From the NCBI RefSeq assembly GCF_009914755.1, contig NC_060947.1: 64,000 nucleotides of DNA, one strand, 5' to 3'. Positions 58,514 to 64,000 of this stretch are shown here, in pieces; position 1 is the first letter of the stretch, and every line of letters begins with the position of its first letter. The DNA comes from the human T2T-CHM13v2.0 reference genome, Homo sapiens. The position numbers and the translations under genes are program-made. The notes beneath the pieces are model-generated. The model had not been told where the DNA came from and searched no databases. It worked only from the letters and a program-made list of their open reading frames with translations.

Positions 58514-60368
58514 TAAGTTGAAATTTAAAAAATAAATAAATTTTAATACTTGGTTCACTTAAAGGTTTCTTTGTAGTTACACATTTACATAACTAATTTA
58601 GCATATGATACATATTTTATATAAGCTGTGTATATTGTATATCATATATAGCTGTATATATCAGTATGTAATATATATTATAACTAATTGTATCAATATC
58701 TGTGTATCTAAAATCTTTCAACCTACCTTTTCTACAGTGATGGAGTATTGTATCTGTTATTCTGTAGTCAGCTGAAATAGCAATTCTCCAACAACCTGGA
58801 GAAAGCCTCCAGGTCCCACATAAAGCAGATTTGTATAATCAAAGAAAGCAGAAAATCCTTGAGAAAAAAACAGACATTTTTCAAACTTTCAGCATTTGCT
58901 GGATTATAAAAGGAGGCACATCCAGGCTGACAGTTATTAGAAGATCTCAAGAAATCATGTTAGTAAAACTTCTGTAGCACTATTAACTCCCCTTTGGGCA
59001 GAGACTGAGAAAGATGAAAAGGATCATGCCCAAAGAGGTCAGAGCTTTTGAAGTACCTCGTTTAATTAAAAGGTGAAAGTTCTGTTAATTCAGATATAAA
59101 AAATTTAACAAGTTAACATGTCAAGTAGAAGCCCTGTTCATGTTAATCATGAAGAAAATGACAAGCTGCTGCTTCTTTTTTTTTTTTTTAAATTTTGGCG
59201 AGGAAAGGGAATATTTAAATTTTACAAATCAGATGAAATGTTATTTTTCAAACAGTTGATAAAATAATGTTTTTGTCAATTGCAAATGAATTTTGACATA
59301 ATTTATTAATGCATTAGAGTTCATTTTAAAACATTTTTCAGCAAATAAGATTTTATGAAAGGAAATACTGCTTTAAACAAGTCAGTGTGGTCCCTTGTAA
59401 GTGAGACAGTAAACACAAAAGTGTAGAAAAAAGTCTCACTAAAGCTGTCATCTCCTAGTCTCAGTACAGAAGTCTGGATCTAAATGTATGCATGACTTTG
59501 AATGCATGACTCATACTTCGCTAAAAGCAGTCTTACATCGAATGAATTTTTCAAACAAAAAGATCCTGAGCTAACTGGATTCGATTCATACAGATGTACA
59601 GGGGAGTTGGGGTGGGGGTTATCTTCTTTTATTTTAGAATATTAAAACAAAATTATTACATTAAGACTGCCACAATCATTTAATTCAATGACAAGAATCA
59701 TCTTTAAATGACTAGTTGAGAGGCAGTCGCAGTAGAGAATTAAGTGGCCTGAACAGAAGACTGACTTTGCCAACCACCTTGACCATGAGAAAATGATTTC
59801 TGTCCTCAGCAAGCCGCCGTGTCCTGTGTGTTTTTGAGGAAAGCACATGCAAAGAGACATAGAAACGTTTTGTAATTAGCTGCACTTTTAGATTTGAAAA
59901 ACAAATAAAAACGATAGGGAGCTAATATGGTCCAGGAAGTACAGAGAGTAACCTACTTCTTGACCTAAGCAAGAAAACCTAACTGCCCTAGAACCCAAGC
60001 AAGCTAAAGCACATGTTTTCAGCCTACCAATTTCGTGGAGGTTCAGATTCTATGACCTGAATGGAGAGAGTTAGGTTCAATCACCTGAACACCTGCTACA
60101 AATAGGGGGTTATGTGTTCCCAGCAAGAATGGAGGTGGAGGTGGTAGGTGCCCAGGTGCCACACTTTGTATAGCTTTAGGGCATTAGTACACAGTACCCC
60201 AATCAGACACCGAGACGGAAAGCCCTGGAGTTCCCCAGGGCCTCCATTCTCTGCTCTTCTTTCTCTCTCTATAGCTCTAGCAGGAACAGGACTTAAAGAA
60301 TATCCCAGTGTGTGGCTGCCGTTTATTTTTAGGGAACAAATGGAATATCTTGAAAGAACAGATGAGGG

Positions 60369-60676
60369 GGCTGGATGTGGTGGCAACTTGGGAGGCTGAG
60401 GTGGGAGGACTGCTTGAGACCAGGAGTTCAAGACCAGCCTCCACAACATAGCCAGAGCCCGTCACTACAGAAAATAAAAAATTAACTTGGCATGATGACA
60501 CACGCCTGTAGTCCTAGCTACTCGGGAGGCTGAGGTAGGAGGATCACTTGAGCCCAGGAGTTTGAGCTATGATCACTGATCACACCACTGCACTCCAGCT
60601 AGGGTGACAGAGTGAGACTCCATCTCAAAAAACAAACAAACAACAAAAAAAAAAACCCCCCAAAAAAACCCAAACA
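60369..60676 (+). mobile_element. Alu (AluJ-like, small deletions)
   Basis: Dimeric Alu with A/C-rich tail. Confidence 0.9.
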
Positions 60677-61239
60677 AGTAGGTAAAGGTGAATACATCAA
60701 ATAAGATTAAACACTTCATTCAACCCTGTATCCTAAGGATCTAATAGATTTTCCATCTTAGCATCCCAAATCATCTCTTCGTATTGGAATCCTGCCTGAC
60801 TTCCTGAGACACATGCCAGGAGGTTCCCTTTCATCATCTGGTAAACATTTCATTCAGACTTGGACATAATGATGGCAGGCCTGGCAGTGCACTTGCACAT
60901 GGTATTTCAGGGCCTGCTTCCTCAAAGCAAGTGACCTTTCTTTGTCATTGAAATACACCAAAGAAAGTCTAAAGCATGTTACACTGTCTTCAGTTTCTTT
61001 TTTTTCTGGAATCTGTCCACATTTTTAGCAAACAGCTGTGAAGCAGCCCTAGGCTTAGGAAACAGAAAGGAAGGAACCATGGGTAGCAGCCTTGAGCTTA
61101 AGAACCAGCAAATTTCACCAACGAAACAGTCACGGTGCTTCTTTCATCTCTCCCACAACATTCTGACTGACTGTCAGGTTTTGGGTATATATATATATAC
61201 TTTATTTTTAAAAGGGGATTTTGTGTCTGTGTGTGTGTG

Positions 61240-61650
61240 TGTTTTAATAGACTTTACACTTTTAGGGCAGTTTTCTTTTCACAGCAAAATTGAGTACAGA
61301 AATTTCCCATATACCTCCTGCCCCTGCATATGTACAGCCTCCCCCATTATTAACATCCTCACCAGAGTGATAGATTTTTTACAATTTATGAACCTACATT
61401 GACACATCATTATCACCCAAAGTCGACAGTTTACATTAGGGTTCACGCTTGATATTGCATATTCTATGGGTTTGGATGAATGTATAATGCCATGTATCTA
61501 CCATCGTAATATAACACAGTAGGTTCACTGCCCTAAAAATCCTCTGAGCTCCACCTATTCATCCCTCCCTAACCCCTGGCAACACCTAATATTTTTACTG
61601 TCTCCATAGCTTTGCCTGTTCCAGAATGTCATCCTTATAGTTGAAATCAT
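61240..61650 (-). mobile_element. L1MC-type 3' end
   Basis: cacagcaaaattgag...gaacctacattgacacatcattatcacccaaagtc..agtttacattagggttcac. Confidence 0.8.
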
Positions 61651-63360
61651 CTTCTAAGCGTTTTGTAGTTTTGCATTTTACTAGATTTAATTTTTAAGAA
61701 GAGTTTTTTATTTACGGAAGAACCTGAGCAGAGTACAGATAACTGCCATGTAACCCTCTATATTTGATTTTAATGATGATAAAATCTTTTATTATTTTAT
61801 AGGGGAAAAACAGAAAAGAAAGACTCAAATCCTATTTTTCAAAAAGATAGAAGACAATTGGTTTAGTTCTCAAGTGATAGCTGATATCTGGTAACCCGGA
61901 ACAGGTTTTATGCCCCCTTCAGGCAGGAATTTTATTTCCCAAAGGGCATTTTCTTTGTCCCAATTTACCGCTAGCTCAGACATTTTTATTACGATGGTTT
62001 CCCGAGAGTGTCTTTTTCTCCTTCTTAACCACCATTGTATCACGTTTTAAGTTTACAGACCTTTTATCACCCACAGCAATTTCTGAGCAATTGATGGTGC
62101 CACCCATAATATCAAGTTATTGTCATTAAAACCAGTGCATTTTCATGGCAGCAGTTGTCACATTTTGCAAAGAAGTGCTTGCCAGACATGTAAGTCACCG
62201 CAGCCCTAACAAAAGTGCAAATAAACTGCTTGTCATCAGTGAAAAGAGTCTTCCAGAAACTGGCATTCTAGGGCTAAATCTTTTCAAACTCTGGTCCACT
62301 GATCTTAAAAAGACAAGAGTGTGGGTGCATTCGTGCTCCTTAATGATTGTAGCCCACCCTAAGAATTCTGTTTTATTTTCTACCATCGGGAAATGGCTAG
62401 TCCATTTCAATGAGAATTGATCCATTGTTCCTCAACTTTGCACAAGCTCTTTTGAGTGGATAGATAAGTTTTGAAGCCTTGCCAAGCCTAGTATCATTAG
62501 CACGATGCTTCCATTCCCCTTATAAAGGGAATGGTTGACACTCAATGTCAATGGTACACAATTTGCAAGTTTGAGAAAGCTTGGGGAATCTTCCCATAAA
62601 ACCAGGCCTTCTGGACACAACTGTCAGCCCACAAAGAGAAAAAGGAGGATACTGGTTGCCATTTGGAAAAGATAAATGATAGCATCTGCCCTGATAACTT
62701 ACAAGACACATCACTGTCTTTCAGGGTTGAGGGAATAAGAGACATCTTGTTACCTTCATCCGGCCTCCTAAACCACCCTTCATCAATTTCTGTCCATATA
62801 TTTTACTCTTTACATTTGACTTATTCATAAGACCATGGTTGTGCCATGGTGGAAGGGGGAATGTTACCAATGTGGACCATTGGTTCTAGCAAAAGCCCTA
62901 ATCACTGAGAATTCTACTGGAGGAGAGTCATTATAAAATGAGAATGCTACAATGAAATAAAATAAAATCACAGAGAGTTATAATTATGTAGCCAATGAAA
63001 TAGAAGATGATTCTAGGGAAAATTAGCATGTCACTGTTTTAGTCTTCTTTCCTATTAAAAGATGGCATTATTCACTCAGCTGGCGAATTTATTGTGTAGC
63101 ATGGATTCGATTAGTGCTGTTTCCCCACTTATGTCTTTAGTAATTACATTTCTTCATGGTTATTTAAGCCCATGAATCATAAATCATCATTTATAGTTGA
63201 GCAATTACCTCATCATGTAGCACTTCAAATGGATAGAGACGCTGTACTTGGTGTCAAACATAAGCAACTGTGCGTGTCTTGGTACTATATTAATATATAT
63301 CAGTAAAACCTTGAATATAGAATAAAAATGTTATCTACAGCCCTCATCGAGATTCCAGCC

Positions 63361-63566
63361 CAGGACTCAGCAAGCTTTCTCTGTAAAGGATCAGAGAATA
63401 AATATTTTAGGCATTGCTGGCCAACAAGACATACACTCTGCATTTGCGTCAAGAAAGCAGCCACAAACCGTGCAGAAATGAATGAATGTGGCTGGCTTAA
63501 TTCAGGGCAGCACAGAACAAGCATTGGCCAGATGTGGCCTCTCAGGCTGCAGTTAGCTAATTCCTG
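63361..63566 (+). mobile_element. MER58A (hAT-Charlie MITE)
   Basis: cagg..tcagcaa.cttt.tctgtaaagg..caga...taaatattttaggc...aaagcagccaca...ggccagat.tggcc...cctg. Confidence 0.8.
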
Positions 63567-63729
63567 TTCTAGCCCCAGGATAGAAACTGAGTGTTACCAC
63601 ATGGGCCACCTCTGGATACCTCTGAATATTGGTGAAGGCTGGCTTAGAAGGGATTGGAGAGGAATCAGTGAGTGTGAATACATTGGAATAGAGTACTCTG
63701 ATTCCCAATACTAGATAAGTGTTACTAAT

Positions 63730-63875
63730 TCCTTAGTGTGTACTAGCCTCTGTGTTGAGACTTACATCCCCCTAAAACAAATCAGAGCTTGTCTTACTCT
63801 TATTACTCCCATTTTACAGATTGACAAGATGAGGCAAAGTGACATTAAGTAGCTTTCCTAAAATCTCACAGATGA
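63730..63875 (-). mobile_element. MIR remnant
   Basis: tattactcccattttacagat...gaggca...ttaagtagctttcctaaaatctcacag. Confidence 0.6.
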
Positions 63876-64000
63876 GAAGTGAATGTCTGTGTATGAAGAG
63901 AGTAGAGGGGAGAAGGGCAAGCAGGATTTGAACTGTAGGGGCCAAGGGAAAGCTTCCCTCTCCGCTCCAAACCCTTCCCCCCACTGAAGGTTCAAGTCTA

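Overview
Primate (most likely human) repeat-rich intergenic or intronic DNA. I found no host protein-coding exon, RNA gene or CRISPR array, and the long ORFs are all retroelement-derived or low-complexity artefacts. The main elements are: a full-length, TSD-flanked L1PA3-type LINE-1 (-, 11253-17424) whose ORF1 and ORF2 are in frame but each carry two nonsense codons, and which retains the ZNF93-bound 5'UTR segment and an extended ORF0; a full-length SVA (-, about 31626-34009) with an apparent short 3' transduction; and an older L1PA13-16-type element (+, 54741-58536) with both ends and TSDs, a large internal deletion, and nested Alu and MADE1 insertions. There are also about 15 Alus or Alu monomers, many solo LTRs (THE1/MST, MLT1, MLT2, MER31, LTR16C and others), ERVL pol remnants, DNA-transposon MITEs, a 38-bp VNTR born inside LTR16C and long microsatellite or pyrimidine tracts. 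I see no evidence for a new multi-gene system. The best second-look items are local rearrangement footprints (an inverted templated insertion with fold-back, the SVA transduction, an ancient direct duplication) and the L1 antisense ORF0 read-through. Subfamily names come from recalled consensus sequences, not database searches.
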